From Macrostomum lignano (lineage: Eukaryota), in assembly GCA_002269645.1 (NCBI GenBank), contig NIVC01000195.1:544211-608210 (forward strand): a stretch of 64,000 nucleotides of DNA, given 5' to 3'. How positions within the stretch are numbered: position 1 is the first letter of the stretch; every line of letters begins with the position of its first letter. Position numbers and translations under genes: made by a program. A model generated the notes under the pieces. That model ran no database searches, was not told where the DNA came from, and saw nothing but the letters and a program-made list of their open reading frames with translations. This document shows positions 1 through 10,450 of this stretch, one piece after another.

Positions 1-1333
1 GCTAGACTTTTCGACGATATGATTTTTCGAGCATATGATTTTTCGAGCTTGTGATGGGCCCCATAAAATGCATCTGCATTTGCGTTTATTTACGAGTATT
101 GTTATCAACGGCTTCTCCAAGGAGCCGCCCAAGCAAAAATGACGTCAGCCTAAAAAACGGCACAAAATTTAACAAAGTGCTTTCTCTGCTATACATGTGC
201 ATCCTGTGGACCGCGGATCCGCCCTCACCCGATTGCTTCCCAACCAACTGAAGTAGCCCGAAGTGACATGCGCTCCAGTTCTTGAAGTCTATGTGTATGT
301 ATCCGATAGAGCATATTATTGCTCTACCTGAGTGTTCTACACTTCTGGATGCGTCCATGCAGAGGATCCCGGGTGAGGGCCACTTCGGGGGGGGGGGTTA
401 TTATAAGCGGTTATATAATTACTTGTAGCCTACCGTAAGCACTGAAGTGGTAAACTGTTTTAGTGTTAAGAGTGCAAAATCTGATCAACAAAATGGATCA
501 GGCGGCCTGACTGGATCGAGGGGGCAGACACCCCTTAAAATAATATGGCAAAGTAAAGTGGTCTTTGGTAAAGTCGTCCCAAAAACCTAGGCAATTCTGA
601 TCCCGCAGCCTACTGAGCACACACAAGCGCGCCAACACTGTACGCAGGCCCGCACTCGTACACACACGCTCACACGGGGTGTACAACGCCCCCCCCCCAC
701 CCGCGACTTTCTAAATGTCGGGCAAGCCCCAAATGAATGTGGACGCACGGAATCGAACTAGGGGTCCTGGCGCGAGTCAGCCTGTCCCACGAGTGCCAGC
801 CCCACTGGCACATCGTTCGAACGCGCAAACTGGCATGGTTTGCTTCTACGGACGGCGAAAGCTTTAAATCTCCATGCGCTACACTGCACAGTGTGTGCAC
901 GAGTGCATGGGCAATGAAGAGCAGGAAACGCACGAATTTAGCGCCAAGATCGGCAGCGGTTGTTATGCGGGTTTATGCTGTTTTTGTTTTCTTTTGAGGA
1001 TTTTTACTCTATCGACAACGGCCATGCAGCAAAGTAAAAAGGGGATCTCAGCAGATTTTAGAGGCTGCAGTAAAAAAGAACAGCGCAGTAAAATGAAGCG
1101 TCGAGCGGCTGCACAGGAAGTCGCGAAGGTAAAAAGCAGGCCTTCAAACGTTTGGAGAGGAATCAGGGAGTAGAGGTAAAAATATTCGCAATAAAGTCGC
1201 AATCAATCAAAACAATCCGATAGGGAAATTCAGTCGAAAACAGGCCGACACCTGGCCTTGGAACATGATGGGGCATTGCAAGGGTAGAGTGGAATAACTC
1301 CCCGGTTCGTCGCTTTGCCTGGGTCAGAGTCAG

Positions 1334-1737
1334 GTCGGCTGGGTCAATGTCGGCTGGGTCAATGTCGGCTGGGTCAATGTCGGCTGGCTCAATGTCGGCT
1401 GGCTCAATGTCGGCTGGGTCAAAGTCGGCTGGGTCAAAGTCGGCTAGGTCAATGACGGCTGGGTCAATGTCGGCTGGGTCAAAGTCGGCTGGGTCAAAGT
1501 CGGCTGGGTCAAAGTCGGCTGGGTCAATGTCGGCTAGGTCAATGACGGCTGGGTCAATGTCGGCTGGGTCAAAGTCGGCTGGGTCAAAGTCGGCTGGGTC
1601 AATGTCGGCTAGGTCAATGACGGCTGGGTCAATGTCGGCTGGGTCAAAGTCGGCTGGGTCAAAGTCGGCTGGGTCAAAGTCGTCTGGGTCAAAGTCGTCT
1701 GGGTAAAAGTTGGCTGGGTCAAAGTCGGCTGGATCAA
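1334..1737. repeat. 15-bp minisatellite GTCGGCTGGGTCAA(T/A), about 27 copies, just 3' of the ARHGAP19 stop
   Basis: Direct reading of tandem units; source of the DPADF and MSAGS ORFs. Confidence 0.95.
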
Positions 1738-4624
1738 GTTCGCGGTCGAGACGGCTTTGCCAGGCCGCCGTTGCAGCGGTTAAAGCGGCGGAGCAGGCGC
1801 CGCTTCCGCCCGGACTCCGGCAGGCAGTGGACAGCGGCGTAGAGGCCGGCCAGCTGGGCCCGGGTGAACCCGGCTGGGTCCGGAAATCGAGGACAATCGG
1901 CAAAGCGCAATGACAGGCAAACTTCGTCGGCGCCGGGGTTTCGGCCAAGTCGCAGTCGGTCGAGGGCGCGAGCGGCATCAACGCCGAGGCTCTCGGGTAT
2001 CTGCGGAGCGGGGGGGAAGGGGAAGGGATGCAGGGCGTGTATCAGATCTGCAGGCTAAATAATGAAAACAATGTAGGTCAACGGGTCAGCGGATCGGTTT
2101 GGAATTTGGTTCAGTGGGTCAGTGGGTCTAGAGGTCAGTAAATCAGTGGGTCATTGGATCATTTGGTGAGTGCATGGATCAGCAGGTCAGTTGGTCATTG
2201 GGCCGTGTTTCAGTGTCCGTGGGTCAGCGAGTCCGTGTTGTCTGTGGTCAGTGTGTCAGTGGGTCAGTGGGTCAATGTGTCAGTGGGTCAGTGTGTCAGT
2301 GGGTCAGTGGGTCAATGTGTCAGTGGGTCAGTGTGTCAGTTTGTCAGTGGGTCAGTGTGTCAGTAGGTCAGTGTGCTAGTGGGTCAGTTCGTCAAAGTGT
2401 CTGTGTCAGTGTGTCAGTGGGTCAGTGTGTCAGTAGGTCAGTGGGTCAGTGTGCCAGTGTGTCAGTGTGTCAGTGGGTCAGTGTGTCAGTGGGTCAGTGG
2501 GTCAGTGTGTCAGTAGGTCAGTGGGTCAGTGTGTCAGTTTGTCTGTGGGTCAGTGTGTCAGTTTGTCAGTGCGTCAATGTGTCAGTGGGTCAGTGGGTCA
2601 GTGGGTCAGTAGGTCAGTGGGTCAGTGGGTCAGTGGGTCAGTGTATCAGTTTGTCTGTGGGTCAGTGTGTCAGTTTGTCAGTGCGTCAATGTGTCAATGT
2701 GTCAATGTGTCAGTGTGTCAGTGGGTCAGTGTGTCTGTGGGTCAGTGTGTCAGTGTGCCTGTGTGTCAGTGGGTCAGTGTGTTAGTAGGTCTGTGGGTCA
2801 GTGTGCCTGTGTGTCAGTGGGTCAGTGTGTCTGTGGGTCAGTGTGTCAGTGTGCCTGTGTGTCAGTGGGTCAGTGTGTCTGTGGGTCAGTGTGTCAGTGT
2901 GCCTGTGTGTCAGTGGGTCAGTGTGTTAGTAGGTCTGTGGGTCAGTGTGCCTGTGTGTCAGTGGGTCAGTGTGTCTGTGGGTCAGTGTGTCAGTGTGCCT
3001 GTGTGTCAGTGGGTCAGTGTGTCAGTTTGTCTGTGGGTCAGTGTGTCAGTTTGTCAGTGCGTCAATGTGTCAGTGGGTCAGTGGGTCAGTGTGTCAGTAG
3101 GTCAGTGGGTCAGTGGGTCAGTGTGTCAGTTTGTCTGTGGGTCAGTGTGTCAGTTTGTCAGTGCGTCAATGTGTCAATGTGTCAATGTGTTTGTGTGTCA
3201 GTGGGTCAGTGTGTCAGTAGGTCTGTGGGTCAGTGTGTCAGTTTGTCAGTGGGTCAGTGTGTCAGTTTGTCTGTGGGTCAGTGTGTCAGTGTGTCAGTTT
3301 GTCAGTGCGTCAATGTGTCAGTGGGTCAGTGGGTCAGTGTGTCAGTGTGTCAGTGGGTCAGTGTGTCAGTGGGTCAATGTGTCAGTGGGTCAGTGTGTCA
3401 GTGTGTCAGTGTGTCAGTTTGTCAGTGCGTCAATGTGTCAGTGGGTCAGTGGGTCAGTGGGTCAGTGTGTCAGTGTGTCAGTGGGTCAGTGTGTCAGTGG
3501 GTCAGTGTGTCAGTGGGTCAGTGCGGCAAGGCCACATGCTCATGCAGTGTGCGCAGCACAGGCTGACCTCTAGCAGCGCAGGTCCGAGTTCCACAAGGCG
3601 AGCAGCCGCAGAGTTGAGGCCGACGGCGCGGGCGCAGACCAGTGCGGCATCCCAGCCGCAGACGGGCGGGTACAGCAGGGCGGGGCCCAGCACGGTGCCC
3701 AGGGATTCGGGGCACATGCGGCTCTCTGGATCGGCGGACAGGGAGTGCAGCAGGCAGAGCAGCCGCGCCAGCAGACAGCGGCGTCGGGCGGGCAGCAGCT
3801 GCATAAGCAGTCGAAGTCCCCGCAGCTGGCGGGCTGCGGCCAGCGGCTGGTCGAGGAGCGGTGGGGGCGCCGCCAGCCGCTGGAAGTACGGCAGCAGGCG
3901 GCTGGTGAGCAGCGGCTCTGGCAGGTCGGCGAGGCAGTTCTTTAGAGCGCCTGCGGTGTCGTGGCAGCTCAAGTCCGCGGAGTCCAGCAGACGGCCTTCG
4001 CGCAGGCAGTCGCGGATCTGGCGCTGGCGCAGCAGAGAGCCGGCCTTGCGGAACAGGCCTTCCCTGGGCTGGCCGGCCTGCAGCTGGCGGGACAGCAGGG
4101 AGAGCAGCGACTCGGCCTGCCACAGCTGCGCGGCATCGTCAGGCGGCCGGTGGAGGCCTGCGGGATCGGGCCGGGAGCAACACGGAAATTCACTTCGGGG
4201 ACGAGAGATTTCCGGAAAGAGTAACGGCGAGAGTGACGGCGAGAGTGACGGCGAGAGTGACGGCCAGAGTGACGGAGAGAGACTGAGTGAGTGACGGAGT
4301 GATAGTGATGATGGAGTAGCTCCAGAAAAGCTCACCCAGCGATTCACCTGCGGGGCGGCTCAGCAATCCGATGGCGAGCCAGCGAGTGAGGGAAGTCGTG
4401 GATTTGTTGGCCAGACCGTCGGGATGTCCAGCGAGTCGCGGGCCGGAGCAGGCGGTCTCATCTTCCAGGAAGTCGGCTGGCACGTCGGTGATGAAGGACA
4501 GGTGCACTTTGCACAGCTCGGCAAAGCGTCTCGGGTGTTCAGCCCGCAGCTGCTCAAAGCTGCTCCGAAGTCTGGGGTTGACCAAAGGCTTGTTGAGGCT
4601 GTCCACGTGTCGCAGCAGCTGGTT
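1734..4624 (-). CDS. ARHGAP19: Rho GTPase-activating protein 19-like; exons 4624-4348, 4157-3568, 2000-1734; start exon not resolved
   Basis: Three exons with GT/AG sites and consistent phases (0/1, 1/0, 0/stop TGA 1736-1734). N-terminal FEQLRAEHPRRFAEL resembles ARHGAP19 FVEKLRHEKPEIFTEL; RhoGAP core EGLFRKAGS (Arg finger intact), LKNCLADLPEPLL; C-terminal LYAAVHCLPESGRKRRLLRRFN resembles ARHGAP19 HVHDMPESAKKKQLIRQFN (recalled, not searched). Confidence 0.88.
2090..3525. repeat. GTCAGTGG/GTCAGTGT-based degenerate minisatellite filling ARHGAP19 intron 3567-2001
   Basis: Tandem 8-bp-based units; lies between GT donor 3567 and AG acceptor 2001. Confidence 0.95.
4222..4290. repeat. 12-bp repeat GAGAGTGACGGC, about 5 copies, in short ARHGAP19 intron
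   Basis: Direct reading. Confidence 0.85.
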
Positions 4625-4642
4625 CTGCAAGAGAAAATAGGC

Positions 4643-5574
4643 CGGACTTCTTGAACTTTAGGTACATAAAATACTTCCGATTTTCCGATTTTTCTGAAAC
4701 TTTCGCCAGAGTCTTAGAGGCTGTCCAAAAAGATAATAAAGCAAAAAAACTGCAAAAAATTACCTTCAGAGTTAACAGGAGCTCAATTTGTTAATCCTCC
4801 ACATAATTAGTGATAATTTGATGCAAGCAGTTTCGGTGAATTGTATGTTTGAAAATTTAACTTTTTTTAGAATCATGACTCTCAAACGTAAATATTTTCC
4901 ACAATTTAACAATTTCATTTTAAAAGAACATTTAGAGGGTTAGAATTTTAACTCTGATAAAAGAGTGTCTATTTTAATTTTTCTTCACTCAGTTTGTTAT
5001 AGTGCAGCGAGAGTTGCCACGTCAAATTAGTGTTTTTTAAAAATGCTGATTCACGGTTCGCCACCACCCTCACCTCCTGCTTTTGATTCGCTGTCGTTCT
5101 GTCATGGTTGTGACTAGCCGTACATTCTTTACATGTTTAACTATACTTATTTCTACTAATCTACGGTTGTCTTCTCCATTTTAAAGGTAAGTTCAGCTGC
5201 TAATATCAATTACATGTAGTTTGATAGGATTATAATTTTTCTCCATGGAGGTGTTTGATAACTTGCTGAATTTTTAATTTAATTAAGCTTCATTACAACC
5301 CCCCTTGGACCCCCTCAGTCTCCAAATTTACCTACCTAATCTTCAATAGATCTCCATGCCTCTATTGAAGTTTAGGTACGTAAAATCAATCCCTATGAAG
5401 ATTCTCCCCACCCTAAACCCCCCCCCCCATTCCCCATGCCCTGGCGGTTGGCTTTAAGCTACAAAAAAAGAAGTTCAAAGTTGAAATCAGCACCATCAAA
5501 AACCCCTATAGAGACAAAATTATGATCATATCAAAACTGCTACTATTTTATCTACTTAAAGTTCAAGAAGTCCG
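4643..5574. mobile_element. Non-autonomous DNA transposon (MITE) in the ARHGAP19 5' region
   Basis: 22-bp terminal inverted repeats CGGACTTCTTGAACTTTAGGTA (4643-4664) and TACTTAAAGTTCAAGAAGTCCG (5553-5574), 1 mismatch; flanks AAAATAGGC / AAAATAGTA resemble an imperfect 9-bp (7-bp exact) target duplication; no ORF. Confidence 0.7.
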
Positions 5575-8058
5575 AAAATAGTACATGTACTAATTCATTA
5601 ACCCGTACGAATCGGTCCGGTAAAGCGGCATTCTTAAGTCAAAATACGCTCAGCAGCATGTTAAAGTTTGCACCCCGAAACCAGTGATCAGAGCTGTTCG
5701 CAGATCTCAGTCCCAAGTGACACATTTCACACCGCGCCCACGGCTCTCGTCTCAACCGTAGGTGATGCAAGTTGGGTCACAAGGCCCCAGCTTAGACTGG
5801 TGAGGAGAGAGTGGAGAGCTATGGCTAGAGGTGGATCAAAGCTGCTACTTGTTGACTGCTTTCTAGCATTTTACCAGCATGAGCTTTTCGAGACTTAGCG
5901 ATTTCTGTTATTGCAAAAGCAAACTCAATCTCACCTCCATTTGGTCGGATCGCAGGTCGGTCATTGTCATTGACAGCAATTGAATATCTTCAGAGTCGAC
6001 CTCCATGATGATAAAACAGCCTGCTGTGGCTGGAATAGCGAAGGCTTTCTCGGTAACAGTTCGCAGTGCAAGTGAGGGTCACAGTCACAGGCTTGGTTGA
6101 CTATTTGGGGCTGCTTTAATTCATTGGCTTGTGGAGCTGAATGGAGGCGGGGTGGGTGTGGGCCGCGTGCCGGGGTGGGTGAATTGACTGGATGACTCAT
6201 CGGACCAGTCTGGACCAATTATAGAGGTCGCAGACACCCTCTCATTTACAAGTTCGTCTGCACCAGAGCTGAATGACCTGTGCGAAGCCCAGAAACTCTG
6301 GATGTCCAAATTTGGTTTTGGCTTTCGCATTTCATATCTCTCCACTGTGATACGGCACAAGCTGGCACGCAGGAGAGAGGACTGGCTGATCCCGCCAGCC
6401 AATCAGATCAATCTTTGGGATAGAGGCGAAAATGCAAACGTACACTTTACACTGTACATACTTGTGAGTTGGCATTGCGTCATCTGTTAATTACTAGAGG
6501 TTCAAATGCTGAAACATACTACGTATATTGGATAATATTGGAAGAGCCAACAAGGTGCACAAGGTATTATAATAACAAATTTGACATTTGTATTTTAACT
6601 AATGAATCAGACTTGGCATCGGTGGAATATTAAATGTCATATAAAATGATAAATATAATAAAATATAGTGCGTCAGTTAACAAGCCTGACTCGAGTTCAT
6701 AACTGCTACTTATTGAGCAGTAAATTAGGACAACGCACAGCTATAAAGACACTGTTTCAGTTACGAGTACAAGGCGTTTTATACGTTAGTATTCGATGTT
6801 GTCTTGGGAAATCGCTCTGTCAATGTTTTACATGAGATAAAATATGCGTGTTTGGGGATTTTGGATTTGTATAAATCCTCAGATTCCCCAGGGTTCATGA
6901 TAATGGCTCTGGAAAATGGCATGTGTAATCCTCTATTTAAATCTTTCATACGCTTGCATCTGCTTAAAAGGACGTGCTGTACTTGCTATAGGCAGGCAGA
7001 AGAAATCAGGGACGGATCTAGGGGGGGGGGGGGCTTTAGCGCCTGGCCCTGAGGACCTGAGAGGATGGCATCTCGAAGATCTCCGAACAGTCACTTGCTA
7101 AAACAGAAGAAATCTAAAAAAAATGATGCTGTGACAGATCAATATGAGACTGCACAGCCGCTGTTTCGTGACGCCTCCTGTGCTGTGTCTGTTCGTGTTA
7201 GGGGCAGCAGAGGACAAGTTTGATCCATTATGGCTGGCAGGGGGAGCAGCCGAGCTGTCAGACAGCGGAACACCTCAACGATCCTGTGAGAGTTGAGAGA
7301 AGTGGGCCTGATGCAGCTCCGACCCAGCCTCCCGCGGGGGGTCGGTCTAATGAGTAGTGACCGCAGACTTCGACCCATGCAGCCACTGGCCCAGCCATGT
7401 CCAGCGAGAAATCAAGTCTGACCCGAGCACAGGGCCGATCGATGCTCGAGGACAGCAGGCGGCCTTTAATTTTGTTAAGCTTTCCATGTTTTGGCCTGAA
7501 GTACAGGCTGTTTTCCAGAAGAACAGCATCCAAGGCAATAAGCAGAGCTGTGGGAGCGCCATGCATTATTGAGCCACGTGTGTGGCGAGCAGTTCGGCTC
7601 GGTCGGGAACGACTGAGTCGGTCAGCAGCCTGGCTCACTTTTTTATAGGATCAGCCCAGATAGACAGCCCGGACAGGGCTGAGTTGGTTTCCTTGCCGCA
7701 TAAATAACGCCAGCAGGAGCCCCGGGAGGCGGCTCGCGCGGCCAAGTCATCCGCAATCTGTCAGGCCAGCTTTGGTGAATGCAATCTCCCGGAGTGCCGG
7801 GGCTGCGGCAGACACTCACATGGGGTGGCCGATTCATAATCTCTGTGCTGCCAGGCACTAATCTGGCCGACTTTTTGGCCGGGCCGGGAGAGATGGAGAG
7901 GATTTGGGTCTGAGGCTGCTGATTGAGTGAGGCAGCCGCAGCGAATCCAGGCCGGGAGTGGCTGCCTCCCGCCCTCACGCCCCACTATACTTCAAGTACG
8001 AGCCGTATATCCTGCTCTCCTCCTCGAGGGTGCGAGCCCAGGGATCCCTGTCTTGGCA

Positions 8059-9930
8059 ATGGCCGACTGCTCGGAGTCGCAGCGAGCGGTGCAGATCCCG
8101 CTGGAGGAGCCGCCTGTGTGGGTGCTGCGGGAGGAGTCGGCGGCGGCCCAGGCATCCCCGAGGCCGTCCCGCGCCCCAGCCGCGCCAGCCTCCGTCGTTG
8201 GTGGCGCCAAGTGCCGCCAGCTGGCGCTGTCCCGCCATCGCAAACGGACGGTGGCGAAGTTCCTGGACACCGCGGCAATCCACGGCCTGTGGCACGTGGG
8301 CTCAACGCCCTGCGGCGTCGCGTGGGCGGCGGTCCTGGCCGTGATGCTGAGCTGCCTGGGCCTGCACGTGTTCCAGCAGGTGTCTGAGTACTACAAGTTC
8401 CCACTGCAGTCCTCAACGCGGGAGATCCTCAACGACTTCAGATTCCCCAGCGTGACCGTGTGCGAGGCCTGGCAGATGCGCTTCTTCAGGGCGGGCTACC
8501 CCGACGCGCTGAAGCGAATCCCGGACCTCAGCAGCTTCCTGACGCTCTCGCACGGCGTCTTCGAGCTGCCCAAGTCGGTGCCGGGGCTGCACTTTCTTGG
8601 AAACGCCACCGCCCTGGGGCTGTCCGTGCAGGACCTGCTGATCCAGTGCAAGTTCTGCGACTCGCTGTGCCAGCCCTCGCAGTTCTCGGCCTTTTACCAC
8701 CGGCAGTACGGCAACTGCTTCACCTTCCGCCCCGAGGGCAGCCAGGAGAGGCCGCACGATGGCCTGAGCCTCATCATGTACTCGCCAGCCTCCGACCCGC
8801 ACTTCCGCAACTGGAGCGACCCGGCGATGCTGGACGGCTCAACGGATACGGGTCTGGAGACGAACGGGGTGCTGGTGACGGCGCACGAGCCCGACTCGAT
8901 GCCGAGGGTGAGCGAGGACTCCATCATGGCTGCCACCAGCCACGAGACGAAGATCGGGCTCCGGGAAGTGCGAACTCAGCTGCTCAACACGCCGCAAAGA
9001 CCGTGCGAGGAGGCCTCGGAGTTCTCCGTTCGGGACCCGCTGGTGCCCACGGTGAGGACCTACAAGACCAGCCTGGCGGACCGGCTGGAGTGGCAGGAGG
9101 CGGCGCAGGTGCAGGCCAGGTGCGGCTGCCTCCCCACCGGCCCCGTCGGCCTGCCGACGCACCTGAGGCCGGGACGGCACTGCGCCGACCTCTTCGACGC
9201 TCAGAGCGGCGGCTTCCGAAGATTCCAGCGGAGAATCAGCGACCTGTGCGGTGGGCTGCTCAAGGCAGCGAACTTCTCAGCCTGCAAGGAGCTCGTCAGG
9301 CTCAACATGCCGGACCTGTGGAGCAACTGGGAGTCGCTGCGCTGCCACCTGAGACTGGCCGAGCAGCTGGTGCAGGAGGCTGAGCACGCAGAGGACCAGT
9401 GCTCCTCATCGAGCTACCAGTTTCAGATCTTCACTTCCGAGCTGCCCGACTCCGCCAGCCACCAGCACGGTCGTTACGACGCCAGGCTGATCTTCCAGAC
9501 CTTCTCGGGCATCCTGGACTCGTACCTGAAGCAGTTCGCCAACTCCAGCCTGCCCGATGCCCGCCTGCCCGCTGTGGTGAGAGCCGTGCGGGCCCGGCGG
9601 CTGCGGCCCGGCGACTGCACCCGCATGGACAGCAACAGGAGGTTCGCAAACGAATCGCACTGCCTGCAGGTGCAGAAGTTCATCTCCAGGCACTTCTTAA
9701 GGGTGCAGGTGTACCCGTTCAGCCTCAGCGTGGTGTACATCGCGGAGGAGCGCAGCTACTCCACCGTGGACCTGCTGTCACATCTCGGCGGCATCCTCGG
9801 CCTCTGGATGGGGTCCTCCGTGATCTCGCTGGCCGAGCTGCTGGAGCTGCTGACCACCCTGTGCGCCTCCCACGTCAGCTTCCGCGTCAACTTCCCGCCG
9901 CTGCAGTACGGCAAGCGGGCGGCAACTTAA
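8059..9930 (+). CDS. DEG/ENaC family amiloride-sensitive sodium channel (FaNaC/ASIC-like), single exon
   Basis: Uninterrupted ORF (open from 7927, first ATG 8059). Pre-TM1 HG motif (FLDTAAIHGL), TM1, FPSVTVC, QYGNCFTF, GLSLIMY, CGC, TM2 LLSHLGGILGLWMGSSVISLAELL with GxS filter. Confidence 0.95.
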   Translation: MADCSESQRAVQIPLEEPPVWVLREESAAAQASPRPSRAPAAPASVVGGAKCRQLALSRHRKRTVAKFLDTAAIHGLWHVGSTPCGVAWAAVLAVMLSCLGLHVFQQVSEYYKFPLQSSTREILNDFRFPSVTVCEAWQMRFFRAGYPDALKRIPDLSSFLTLSHGVFELPKSVPGLHFLGNATALGLSVQDLLIQCKFCDSLCQPSQFSAFYHRQYGNCFTFRPEGSQERPHDGLSLIMYSPASDPHFRNWSDPAMLDGSTDTGLETNGVLVTAHEPDSMPRVSEDSIMAATSHETKIGLREVRTQLLNTPQRPCEEASEFSVRDPLVPTVRTYKTSLADRLEWQEAAQVQARCGCLPTGPVGLPTHLRPGRHCADLFDAQSGGFRRFQRRISDLCGGLLKAANFSACKELVRLNMPDLWSNWESLRCHLRLAEQLVQEAEHAEDQCSSSSYQFQIFTSELPDSASHQHGRYDARLIFQTFSGILDSYLKQFANSSLPDARLPAVVRAVRARRLRPGDCTRMDSNRRFANESHCLQVQKFISRHFLRVQVYPFSLSVVYIAEERSYSTVDLLSHLGGILGLWMGSSVISLAELLELLTTLCASHVSFRVNFPPLQYGKRAAT

Positions 9931-10450
9931 AAAGCTTCATAAAATTGTGACGATGAGAAGGAAAAACCTGCCGCAGTAGAGACTCCCCGCGGTGGCTGGC
10001 GGTTAAAAATTAGGTAAATTCAGCTGCGGAACAGTCAGTTTGCCCGCAGGCGCAGCAGCCGTTCCCAAACTCTCCAATTTCATGGCCGGTGCCCCCCTGC
10101 CGCGGCCAGGTGCCGCTGGTTTTGCTTCGCGGCGGGAGACCGCCAGGTGCAGACCTGTCAGCGCTGCTGGCCCTGGTCAGGTGACCAGCAGCCATTTTAG
10201 TCATTTTTACCCCACAGCTGGGTTGAGGCAGATACAAATTTTGTTAGAATTCACCTTAGCAAAGCCGTTTCAAAAGTGCATGCTGAAATTGCTGGCTGAA
10301 TTATCAAGCCGCACCGAGTTCTGTAATGCTTTTTTATTTAATCATGGTTCTAGAATACCTGTGAGGGAATTAGGCGGCTCAGCTGGTAAACTTTGCCGAG
10401 TTAATTTGATAAATTAGTGACATTTTGGCGTTTTTCAAGCCTCAGAGAAA

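Noticed and set aside
1163-1981. 272-aa ORF with DPADF repeats resembling a calcium-binding protein
   Set aside because: It overlaps the ARHGAP19 terminal exon in the wrong frame and is otherwise a 15-bp minisatellite.
2154-3573. Cys/Val/Ser-rich ORFs (VSVGQC repeats)
   Set aside because: Translations of an intronic minisatellite on the antisense strand of ARHGAP19.
7139-7700. Possible DIRS/Ngaro remnant (ADRLSR motif on minus strand)
   Set aside because: Only one short motif; no convincing RT, RNase H or tyrosine recombinase signature and no terminal repeats.
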